Source: Thermoanaerobaculia bacterium (lineage in GTDB: Bacteria; Acidobacteriota; Thermoanaerobaculia; Multivoradales; UBA5704). From it: a stretch of 51,228 nt of DNA. The notes under the pieces were generated by a model. It made no database searches. It was given only the letters and a program-made list of their open reading frames with translations, and was not told the origin of the DNA. Every line of letters begins with the position of its first letter. Position 1 is the stretch's first letter. A program made the position numbers and the translations under genes. Shown here piece after piece: positions 43,878 through 51,228 of this stretch. The stretch spans positions 1 to 51,228 of the forward strand of contig JBGAGQ010000047.1 in NCBI GenBank assembly GCA_044226625.1, written 5' to 3'.

Positions 43878-43902
43878 GGGCGGAGGCAAGCTCCGCCCCT
43901 AC
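43878..43902 (-). repeat. GTAG-type REP element
   Basis: Minus strand GTAG-GGGCGGAG-CTTGC-CTCCGCCC, a GTAG tetranucleotide followed by an 8-bp hairpin, just after the pth stop. Confidence 0.7.
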
Positions 43903-43908
43903 GAAAGG

Positions 43909-44541
43909 TCAGGCGTTCGCGCGCATCATCGCCGCTTCGATCCCATCCTTCGCCCAGGCCTCGGCGACATCCGCGGCGCGCTTGACCATTTCGGCAACGG
44001 CCTCCCTCTCTTCCGGTGGGAAGGGCGACAGGACGAAGTCGGCGAGGCTCGGGAGATCGGAACCCTCGGCGGGTTTCTCGGGGGCCGGCTCGAGGCTCGG
44101 CTCGGCGGGCTGGCTCTCCGCGCGGACCGCGCCGCGCCCGACCCCCAGGCGTAGACGCGGCACCTGGTCGGTGCGCAGCTGCGCGAGGATCGATTCGATG
44201 CCCCGGTGCCCCGCGGGGCTACCGCCCCGGCGCATGCGCAGCCGCCCGAGCGGCAGGGCCACCTCGTCGTAGACCACCAGGATCTCCTCCGGGGCGAAAC
44301 CGTGGACCTCGACGAGGCACCGGGCGGCGTAGCCGCTCCGGTTCATGAACGTCTGGGGCTCCGCGAGCAGCAGATCGCCGATTCGGACTACGTGCGAGCC
44401 GCATTCGGTTCGGACCGCGTCCGACTCGAAGCTCGCGCCGAGACGGCGCGCGATCTCCTCGACGACTTTCCAGCCGACGTTGTGCCGGGTCTCGCGGTAC
44501 TCCGAACCGGGGTTTCCCAGACCGAGGATGAGGCGTGGCAT
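43909..44541 (-). CDS. pth: Peptidyl-tRNA hydrolase
   Basis: LILGLGNPGSEY..TRHNVG, PQTFMNRSG, VVYDE, AGHRGIESI, RLRLGVG. Confidence 0.97.
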   Translation of the reverse strand: MPRLILGLGNPGSEYRETRHNVGWKVVEEIARRLGASFESDAVRTECGSHVVRIGDLLLAEPQTFMNRSGYAARCLVEVHGFAPEEILVVYDEVALPLGRLRMRRGGSPAGHRGIESILAQLRTDQVPRLRLGVGRGAVRAESQPAEPSLEPAPEKPAEGSDLPSLADFVLSPFPPEEREAVAEMVKRAADVAEAWAKDGIEAAMMRANA

Positions 44542-44613
44542 GGTCGGCGTAGGGAGGGAGGACGACGGGAGGCCCGATCGGCGCGGCGGCCGAGGGTCTC
44601 CCGTCGCGGACGG

Positions 44614-45285
44614 CTACTTCTTGTCCTTCTTCTTGTCGTCCTCGGGCTTCTTCTTCTTGATCACCTCGGGCTCCGCCTTGGCGGCTTCGAGGAGACCCTC
44701 GCCGGTGGCGGCCGACTGCTCGGCATGGGTATGCGAGCAGGAGACGATCACCCGGTCTTCGTCCTCCAGGAGCGCGACGCCCTTGGGCAGCTCCAGCTCG
44801 CGCGCCTCGACGTGCTGGCCGATGTGCAGGGGCGTGACGTCGATCGTGATCTTCTTCGGGATGTCCTTCGGCAGGCACTCGATTTGGACTTCGCGGGTCA
44901 CGAAGTCGATGATGCCGCCCTCGGTCTTGACGCCGTAGGCGACGCCCTGGATCTCGATCGGCACCGTCGTGCGCAGCTTTTCGGTCATCAGGATGCGCTG
45001 GAAATCGATGTGCTCGAGGACCCGGCTGATCGGGTGGACCTTGATCTCCCGCACCATGGCGTGGCGCTCCTGGCTCGAATCGGCGAGCTTCAAGAGGAAG
45101 ATCGGGTGCTCGCTGCCGGCCTTCTTGAGCAGCTCGATCATCTCTTTCCGAGCCACCTGGATCGACACCGTGTCGCGGTCGCCACCGTACAGGACGGCCG
45201 GCACCAACCCGGCGGCCCGCAGGCGCCGATTGGCGTTCTTGCCGCTGGTTTCGCGCATCTGGACTTCTACGGTCAATTCGTTCAT
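44614..45285 (-). CDS. rplY: 50S ribosomal protein L25/Ctc
   Basis: GKNANRRLRAAGLVPAVLYG, HIDFQR, GVKTEGG, CLPKDIP, EPEVIKK. Confidence 0.97.
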   Translation of the reverse strand: MNELTVEVQMRETSGKNANRRLRAAGLVPAVLYGGDRDTVSIQVARKEMIELLKKAGSEHPIFLLKLADSSQERHAMVREIKVHPISRVLEHIDFQRILMTEKLRTTVPIEIQGVAYGVKTEGGIIDFVTREVQIECLPKDIPKKITIDVTPLHIGQHVEARELELPKGVALLEDEDRVIVSCSHTHAEQSAATGEGLLEAAKAEPEVIKKKKPEDDKKKDKK

Positions 45286-45312
45286 CGCCTTGCCCTCAAT
45301 TGCCTGCCGCCG

Positions 45313-46254
45313 TCAAACGAACAGCGAGCTTACGGAGCTGTTTTCGTGAATCCGGCGGATCGCTTCACCGAGTAGCGGGGCGACCGACAGCGTGCGCAGC
45401 TTCGCCGAACGGGCGAGCTTGGCTTCCACCGGGATGGTATTCGTGATCAGGACCGACTCGAGCGGAGACGCGTTGATCCGGTCGAGCGCCGGCCCGGACA
45501 GGACGCCGTGCACTCCGGCGGCGAGCACGCGCTCGGCACCTTTCTTCTTGAGCGCCTCGACCGTCTTGGTGAGCGTGCCGGCGGTGTCGATGATGTCGTC
45601 GACGATCAGGGCGTTCTTCTGGTCGACGTCGCCGATGACGTGCATGACCTCCGCCTCGTTCGGCGCGGTGCGCCGCTTGTCGACGATCGCGAGGCCGACG
45701 CCGAGCCGCTTGGCGATCGCCCGCGCGCGCTCGACCCCGCCCGCGTCGGGGGAGACGATCACCAGGTCGGGGACCGGATAGGCCTTCATCGCCTCGAGCA
45801 GCACGGGCGCGGCGAACAGGTGGTCGACCGGGACGTCGAAGAAACCCTGGATCTGGTCGGCGTGGAGGTCGAGCGTGAGCACGCGGTCGGCGCCCGCGCG
45901 CGAGATCAGATCGGCCACCAGCTTCGCCGTGATCGGCACCCGCGGCATGTCCTTCTTGTCCTGCCGGGCGTAGCCGTAATAAGGCAGGACGGCGGTCACG
46001 CGCGAGGCGGAGGAGCGCTTGAACGTGTCGAGCAGGATCAGGAGCTCCATCAGGTTCTCGTTGACCGGCTCGCAGGTGGGCTGGACGACGAAGACGTCCG
46101 AGCCGCGCACGTTCTCGGTGACCTGGCAGAAGATCTCGCCATCCGAGAAGTTCAGGGCTTTGACGTGCCCCGCCTCGAGATGGAGGTATTCGCAGATCTC
46201 CTGCACCAGTGCCGGATGGGCGCGCCCTCCGAAAATCTTCATCTCTCCCGCCAT
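45313..46254 (-). CDS. prs: Ribose-phosphate pyrophosphokinase
   Basis: FSDGE, PYYGYARQD, DLHADQIQGFF, VSPDAGGVERA, VDDIIDTAGT. Confidence 0.98.
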   Translation of the reverse strand: MAGEMKIFGGRAHPALVQEICEYLHLEAGHVKALNFSDGEIFCQVTENVRGSDVFVVQPTCEPVNENLMELLILLDTFKRSSASRVTAVLPYYGYARQDKKDMPRVPITAKLVADLISRAGADRVLTLDLHADQIQGFFDVPVDHLFAAPVLLEAMKAYPVPDLVIVSPDAGGVERARAIAKRLGVGLAIVDKRRTAPNEAEVMHVIGDVDQKNALIVDDIIDTAGTLTKTVEALKKKGAERVLAAGVHGVLSGPALDRINASPLESVLITNTIPVEAKLARSAKLRTLSVAPLLGEAIRRIHENSSVSSLFV

Positions 46255-46305
46255 GTACGTCCTCTCTCCTCTCGCATGGAAACTTCGACAGAGACCGGCG
46301 AGCTT

Positions 46306-46380
46306 TGGTTGGGGCGGGAGGATTCGAACCTCCGAATGCCAGATCCAAAGTCTGGTGCCTTACCACTTGGCGACGCCCCA
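46306..46380 (-). tRNA. tRNA-Gln (TTG)
   Basis: TGGGGCGTCGCCAAGTGGTAAGGCACCAGACTTTGGATCTGGCATTCGGAGGTTCGAATCCTCCCGCCCCAACCA: cloverleaf, anticodon TTG, encoded CCA. Confidence 0.98.
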
Positions 46381-46437
46381 GAGCTGCTTCGCCGATTGCT
46401 CCCGAACCTCGATGTCCGCTCTACCCGCGTCGCTCCC

Positions 46438-46932
46438 CTACGTCACGCTCCAAAACGAGTCGCTCAGATGGAGCTCCTCGAGCTCTTCGAGCGTTTTGCC
46501 ATCCGCCGACGGCGTCGTCGGCGTCGCGTTGGGCGCCCGCGCGACCGATCCCGGCGCCCCTCCGACCGACCGCTCCGCCCCCGCGTAGGCGGCCGCTCCC
46601 CCCGACCCATCCATCGTCGTCACGCTTCCGAATCCGTCGAGACCCCCCAGAGGGCGGCTCGGGGCGGACTCCCCGGATTCCTCGGCGGTCTGGCGATACG
46701 CGGCGAGGATTCGATCCTCGATCGTGCGCCGCGCCTCGTTGTTCAACGGATGGGCGATGTCCTTGAACTCCCCGTTCTTCTTCTTGCGGCTCGGCATGCT
46801 GATGAACAGGCCGTCCCGCCCCTGAATGACCTTGATGTCGTTGACCATGAAGCAATGGTCGAAGACGATCGAGACGAAGGCTTTGAGCTTCTCTTCCTGA
46901 ATGGGAAAGACCTTGACCTCCGTGATCTCCAT
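46438..46932 (-). CDS. spoVG: SpoVG family protein with low-complexity C-terminal extension
   Basis: MEITEVKV...LKAFVSIVFD.CFMVNDIKVIQG..GLFISMPSRK...GEFKDIAHP. Confidence 0.95.
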   Translation of the reverse strand: MEITEVKVFPIQEEKLKAFVSIVFDHCFMVNDIKVIQGRDGLFISMPSRKKKNGEFKDIAHPLNNEARRTIEDRILAAYRQTAEESGESAPSRPLGGLDGFGSVTTMDGSGGAAAYAGAERSVGGAPGSVARAPNATPTTPSADGKTLEELEELHLSDSFWSVT

Positions 46933-47161
46933 GATGCCTGCCCTCTCCTCGTCCAGCGAGCCGCCGCACCCCGCCCAGGCCCGCCGAAGCCGGAAAGGCC
47001 CACGCGCGACCGACGAAACGCGACGAAAGATACTCGGGATGTCCCGAGGCACCGCTAGCGCGGCGACACAAACACCCCGCGCGGAGCCGTCCGGTCCGGT
47101 GGGGTTGACGGAAGCAATCTTGGAGGCGAGGCGAGGGTCTCCCCTCTTTCCGCGGCCCGCA

Positions 47162-47190
47162 ATCCTAGAGGCGCGGGGCCGGACTGTCAA
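47162..47190 (-). promoter_or_regulatory. Sigma70 promoter of the spoVG-tRNA-prs operon
   Basis: Minus strand TTGACA-N17-TAGGAT. Confidence 0.7.
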
Positions 47191-47287
47191 ACGGCGGAGC
47201 CCCTTCCGGCACCGGCCGCGGGGTTCGAGGCCGCCTCTCGAAGCGCCGGAAAATGCCGCCGGTTGAGCGTGTTAACGTGATCCCCCG

Positions 47288-48904
47288 ATGGGGAGTCGCC
47301 TCGCGGTCAGCCTCTCTAAATGGCGGGACGGCGCGCTACCCGCGCATCTTTTCTATTGCTTGGAGGCCGGAGCGATCCACGCGGGCGCCCGGCGGATCGG
47401 CCTCGTCGGCGATTCCTGGGCGATCCTTCTGCAAGCCGCGCGCGGCTGGGACTCGGCGCTCGCGACTCCCCTCGGCTATCACTACATTCCCGTCGCGCTC
47501 GGCTGGACCCGACTGCTCTATCTGGTCTTCGGCGACCGGGAGCCGCTCTACGCGGTCGCGAACGTCGCGCAGCTCACCCTGGTCGCCTGGCTGACTTTTC
47601 TCCTCGGACGTCGCCTGCTCGGCCGTCCTCTTCCCGGCCTGCTCGCCGGGGCCTTGCTGATCGGCAGCGCCGCCTTTCCCGACATTACCTATTGGGTGGT
47701 GGTCGGAAATTTCCACAGCCTCTCCTTGGCCTTCTCGATCCTGGCGGTCGCCGCGGCATTCGAGCTCGCCGAGGAGGCCCCGCCGCGCCGCGCCGCCTGG
47801 GTCTTTGCGGCCGCCCTCGCCGGAGCGATCTTCGCCTACGAGGGAACGCTCGTCATCCTGGCCGTCGGGATCCTCTGGGTCCTCGGCCGCGCGCTGGCGA
47901 GACAGGGGATGCGAGGCCTCACCAGGCCGGCTCTGCTTGGGGACCTGTTTCGTCGTTTCGCGCCGACCCTGGCCGTGATGGCGGCCTGGCTCTTCAGCCA
48001 GGCGCGCTTCGCCGTGGCGACCGGGACGCCGGTCGCGCCGAGGATCGACGAGATCCGCCTTCATTCCGCGGCGCACGCGCTCCTCGGAATCTTCACCTTG
48101 AGAGGTTCCTTCGACGTTCTCGAATCTCTGCTCGCGTTCGGCCGCGGGGGCGTCCTCACCGGCTTGGCACCCTCTCTGGGTCTGATCGTCTTGGCCGTCG
48201 CGGCGTCGGTCTGGTGTTCTCGCCGAGGCGGCCTGGGCGTCCGCCTGCTCCTGCTCTGGTTCTGGCTCTATCTCGCGATCGCGGCGGTGGGGCTACCGCT
48301 CGCCCCCCGGCACCGATTCATGCCAAGCGTCCCCGGGCTGCTGCTCTTTTCCTTCGCTCTCTGCCAAGGGGGGGAGTGGCTGGCGACCCGCATCGCGAAA
48401 GGATCGGACGCCGGGTCCGTCCCGCCGGGTGCTTTCCGGCCCGCGACGGTCGCCCTCGGCGTGCCGCTGACCGTCGCCCTGGTCTTGCTGCTGTCGGCCC
48501 AGGGGGAGCTCCGTCGCGCCCAAGAGCTCTATCGACGGAGCTCCGGCTCGATGCGTCTCGCGGTCGAGCAGGCGCGCGCCGCGTTGCCGTCGCGGCGCCC
48601 GCCCGCCGTCGTCACGCTGGTCGACGCTCCCGCACACTGGGTGGAGGGAGGCATCACCGTGCCCGCGTTCGGCAACGCGCTCGAGGGGATCGCCTTCTTC
48701 CGCCTCCCCGGCGCACGGCTGGAGCTCGTTCGGACCCGACCTGATCCTCCCGGCTGGATGGCGGTCCCCGGGAGCCCCCGGGTCGACGCCGAGGAGTTGC
48801 GTCGCCTCATCGCCGATCCCAGCCGGACCGTCGTCGTCTTCGACCGCGACCCGGAGCAGGTTCACACCCTGTTGCCCGCCGAGGAAGCGGAGGATTCGCC
48901 GTAG
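47288..48904 (+). CDS. Multi-pass membrane protein, possibly GT-C-like glycosyltransferase; start uncertain
   Basis: About 10 hydrophobic segments, GDSW and HYIP in the first loop, YE and PRHRFMP motifs, soluble C-terminal domain. Confidence 0.6.
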   Translation: MGSRLAVSLSKWRDGALPAHLFYCLEAGAIHAGARRIGLVGDSWAILLQAARGWDSALATPLGYHYIPVALGWTRLLYLVFGDREPLYAVANVAQLTLVAWLTFLLGRRLLGRPLPGLLAGALLIGSAAFPDITYWVVVGNFHSLSLAFSILAVAAAFELAEEAPPRRAAWVFAAALAGAIFAYEGTLVILAVGILWVLGRALARQGMRGLTRPALLGDLFRRFAPTLAVMAAWLFSQARFAVATGTPVAPRIDEIRLHSAAHALLGIFTLRGSFDVLESLLAFGRGGVLTGLAPSLGLIVLAVAASVWCSRRGGLGVRLLLLWFWLYLAIAAVGLPLAPRHRFMPSVPGLLLFSFALCQGGEWLATRIAKGSDAGSVPPGAFRPATVALGVPLTVALVLLLSAQGELRRAQELYRRSSGSMRLAVEQARAALPSRRPPAVVTLVDAPAHWVEGGITVPAFGNALEGIAFFRLPGARLELVRTRPDPPGWMAVPGSPRVDAEELRRLIADPSRTVVVFDRDPEQVHTLLPAEEAEDSP

Positions 48905-48938
48905 CGGCCTCCCGACGGCGTTCTTCCCAGGAGATTCG

Positions 48939-50360
48939 ATGAAGGAACAGCCGACGGCTCCCGCCGCTCCCGATCCCGCCGCGGCCGGCGATCCCGTCCC
49001 CTTTCGGGAGGCCCTGCGGGTCTGGGTCTCGGTCGCCCTCCAGAGCTTCGGCGGACCCGCCGGACAGATCGCGGTGATGCACCGAATCCTGGTCGACGAG
49101 AAGCGCTGGATCAGCGAGAACCGCTTTCTCCACGCTCTCAACTACTGCATGCTGCTCCCCGGCCCCGAGGCGCAGCAGCTCGCGATCTATATCGGTTGGC
49201 TGCTCAACCGGACCCCGGGCGGCCTCGCGGCCGGGACGCTGTTCGTCCTGCCGGGGTTCCTGGCCATTCTCGGCCTTTCGGTCGTCTACGTCGGCTTCCG
49301 AGACACGGCGCTCGTCTCCGCGCTCTTTTTCGGCCTGAAACCGGCGGTCATGGCGGTCGTGGTCGAGGCCGTGATCCGCATCGGCCGCCGAACCCTGAAG
49401 AGCGGCGCTCTCACCGCACTCGCCGCGGCGGCATTCTTGGCGATCTTCTTTTTCCAGGTCCCCTTCCCGGCCATCGTCGCCGGAGCCGGGCTCGTCGGCT
49501 GGATCGGCGGGCGCCTGTCGCCGGAACGATTCCCTTCGACGCAGCCTCCAGCCCCCGGCACCTCCCGCGACGAGGCGGACGTCCCGGTGGCCGACGCCCA
49601 CGCGAACCGCGTCCGGCCTTCACTAGGACGGTCGGCGCGCATCCTGGCGACGGGCTTGGCCCTCTGGTCCATACCGCTCCTCGGCTTGATCGCCCTCTTC
49701 GGACGCGAGCACGTCCTCGTCCAGGAAGGGGCCTTTTTCAGCAAAGCCGCGGTGGTGACCTTTGGAGGCGCTTACGCCGTGCTCGCCTACGTCGGCCAGC
49801 AGGCGGTGAACGTCCACGGCTGGCTCCGGCCCGGGGAGATGCTGGACGGCCTGGGCATGGCCGAAACCACGCCCGGTCCGCTCATCATGGTGCTTCAGTT
49901 CGTCGGCTTCCTCGGCGCCTATCGCCATCCGGGCGGGCTCGATCCCATGACGGCCGGCATCCTGGGCTCGATCATCACCACCTGGGTCACTTTCGTTCCC
50001 TGTTTCCTATGGATCTTTCTCGGCGCCCCGTACATCGAGGTCCTTCGCGGCCGTCGATCGCTCGGCACGGCGTTGACCGCGATCACCGCGGCGGTCGTCG
50101 GAGTCATCCTCAACCTCGCCGTCTGGTTCTCCCTCCACACGCTCTTCGGGAAGGTCCGGGAAGTCCGCTGGTTCTCGCTACACCTTCTCGCCCCGGACTG
50201 GAGCACGATCCATACGGGAGCGGTCCTGATCGCCGTCGCCGCGTTCTTCGCGCTCTTCCGTTGGAAGCTGGGGATACTCAAGACGCTGGCCCTGAGCGCC
50301 GCGGCCGGGCTGCTTTGGGCCCTGGTCGTCCACGGGTGGCTGGCGGGGTTGGGCTTCTAG
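48939..50360 (+). CDS. chrA: Chromate efflux transporter (long-chain CHR family)
   Basis: SFGGPAGQIAVMH, MLLPGPEAQQLA, TFGGAYAVL, AETTPGPLI; duplicated CHR domains. Confidence 0.95.
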   Translation: MKEQPTAPAAPDPAAAGDPVPFREALRVWVSVALQSFGGPAGQIAVMHRILVDEKRWISENRFLHALNYCMLLPGPEAQQLAIYIGWLLNRTPGGLAAGTLFVLPGFLAILGLSVVYVGFRDTALVSALFFGLKPAVMAVVVEAVIRIGRRTLKSGALTALAAAAFLAIFFFQVPFPAIVAGAGLVGWIGGRLSPERFPSTQPPAPGTSRDEADVPVADAHANRVRPSLGRSARILATGLALWSIPLLGLIALFGREHVLVQEGAFFSKAAVVTFGGAYAVLAYVGQQAVNVHGWLRPGEMLDGLGMAETTPGPLIMVLQFVGFLGAYRHPGGLDPMTAGILGSIITTWVTFVPCFLWIFLGAPYIEVLRGRRSLGTALTAITAAVVGVILNLAVWFSLHTLFGKVREVRWFSLHLLAPDWSTIHTGAVLIAVAAFFALFRWKLGILKTLALSAAAGLLWALVVHGWLAGLGF

Positions 50361-50370
50361 CAGACCAGAG

Positions 50371-50664
50371 GTGGTTCAGCCCAGCCCACCGGTGTTCCCG
50401 TCGGGCGCAACAGTGATCCGGACCCAACAACCGGTGCGCAAGTCCAGCTCAGTGGTGTTCCCGACCGGTCCAGTGGTGGTTCGGCTCAGATCAGCTGTGG
50501 CCCGGTCCAGAAAAGGGGTGGTCCAGTCCAAGTCACCGGTGGTCCGGACCAGTCCAGCGGTGGTCCGGTCCAGCTCACCACCGATTCGGACCCGATCAGC
50601 GGTGATCCGGACCCGGTAAGCAGTGCGCCCGTCCAGATCACCGATGATTCTGGGCCGATACTCC
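50371..50664. repeat. Degenerate tandem array of 14 x 21 bp
   Basis: Units such as GTGGTCCGGACCAGTCCAGCG, GTGGTCCGGTCCAGCTCACCA and GTGATCCGGACCCAACAACCG in exact 21-bp register. Confidence 0.85.
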
Positions 50665-50804
50665 GTCGGATCAGCGTGGCGGAAGGATAGAGGACGAGGG
50701 TCCGAGAAAGCGATAGTTTTCCGGAAACTTTGTTTTTCCGTCGAGGCACCTGTTCGATCGAGGTCCGACGTCTCCGCCGGCCTCCAAGAGGCTCCGTAGG
50801 TCCC

Positions 50805-51167
50805 CTACGGCTCCGCCGGCTCCGAAGCGTTCCGGATCGTTTCGAGGGCAGTGCGGAGGCGGACCTCGAGCCGCGCCATCAGGTCGGTCATCGGATCGGC
50901 ATTCGAGCGGAGTCGGGCATCCGGCCGGCCGGCGACCTCTCTCCGCGCCCGGCCGACCGCGGCGATCCATTCGAGCCAGCCTTCGGCGGTGAAGCCTAGG
51001 GCGCACCGGACCGCCTCCTCGCTCGGGCGGGAAGGACGGGCGCCTTTCTCCAGCCGGGAGACCGTGACGCGGTGGAGCTTCGCCTCGCGGGCCAGGTCTT
51101 TTTGGCTCCATCCTTTGAGTTGACGGCCGAAGGCGACGGCCGTTCCGAGGTCTTCGAGGCCGTTCAT
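50805..51167 (-). CDS. XRE/Cro-C1 helix-turn-helix transcriptional regulator
   Basis: GRQLKGWSQKDLAREAKLHRVTVSRLEKGARPS. Confidence 0.8.
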   Translation of the reverse strand: MNGLEDLGTAVAFGRQLKGWSQKDLAREAKLHRVTVSRLEKGARPSRPSEEAVRCALGFTAEGWLEWIAAVGRARREVAGRPDARLRSNADPMTDLMARLEVRLRTALETIRNASEPAEP

Positions 51168-51228
51168 GTCAACTCTTTGCCGGCCGCGGTGACGAAATGT
51201 AGCCGCAAAGGGGGATATTTCCCCCTTC

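Noticed and set aside
43230-43889. 219-aa minus-strand ORF
   Set aside because: Chimeric read-through of palindromic repeats, the NRPS scrap and an alternate frame of the DUF2892 gene.
44050-44135. Pro/Glu-rich insertion in Pth as an intein or mobile insert
   Set aside because: A short in-frame low-complexity loop with no intein or repeat-element signatures.
46306-46380. tRNA-Gln as the integration site of an island
   Set aside because: I saw no integrase and no duplicated tRNA 3' end, and the flanks (spoVG, prs) are the normal neighbours.
47114-47173. Direct repeat GCAATCYTRGAGGCG x2 as an operator or mini-array
   Set aside because: Short and imperfect; one copy is the -10 region of the spoVG promoter, so tandem promoter elements are the simpler explanation.
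50371-50664. 21-bp array as a CRISPR array
   Set aside because: The units are contiguous and degenerate, with no conserved repeat plus unique spacer alternation.

Overview
A GC-rich bacterial chromosomal window. Gene content and synteny suggest Acidobacteriota, possibly Thermoanaerobaculia-like (inference). The right part holds a housekeeping block (spoVG, tRNA-Gln, prs, rplY, pth, then rpsF, rpsR, rplI), interrupted by a two-component system, a DUF2892-like gene, REP-like hairpins and an NRPS remnant. The left part has a TonB-domain gene, an M48 protease and an AtuA/enoyl-CoA hydratase operon. The middle is a mosaic. A probable N-heterocycle catabolic gene set (coxM/coxS-like, amidase, fdrA, DUF1116, cyclase) is interleaved with accessory modules: a vsr-dcm-putative endonuclease R-M cassette, a secreted 6-Cys peptide/carboxypeptidase-regulatory-repeat/PDZ cassette, an FN3+WSC secreted protein, tandem Sel1 genes, an ECF sigma/Ser-Thr kinase pair and an AbrB-VapC toxin-antitoxin pair. 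The most striking signal is inside the PDZ gene. A perfect 36-bp direct repeat flanks a unique 34-bp insert and frameshifts the gene. This is the geometry of a single CRISPR spacer-acquisition event at a repeat-like coding site. Also notable are a degenerate 14 x 21-bp tandem array near the right end and recurrent leaderless-type TANNNT-N6-10-ATG starts. All assignments come from motif recognition by eye; no searches were run.
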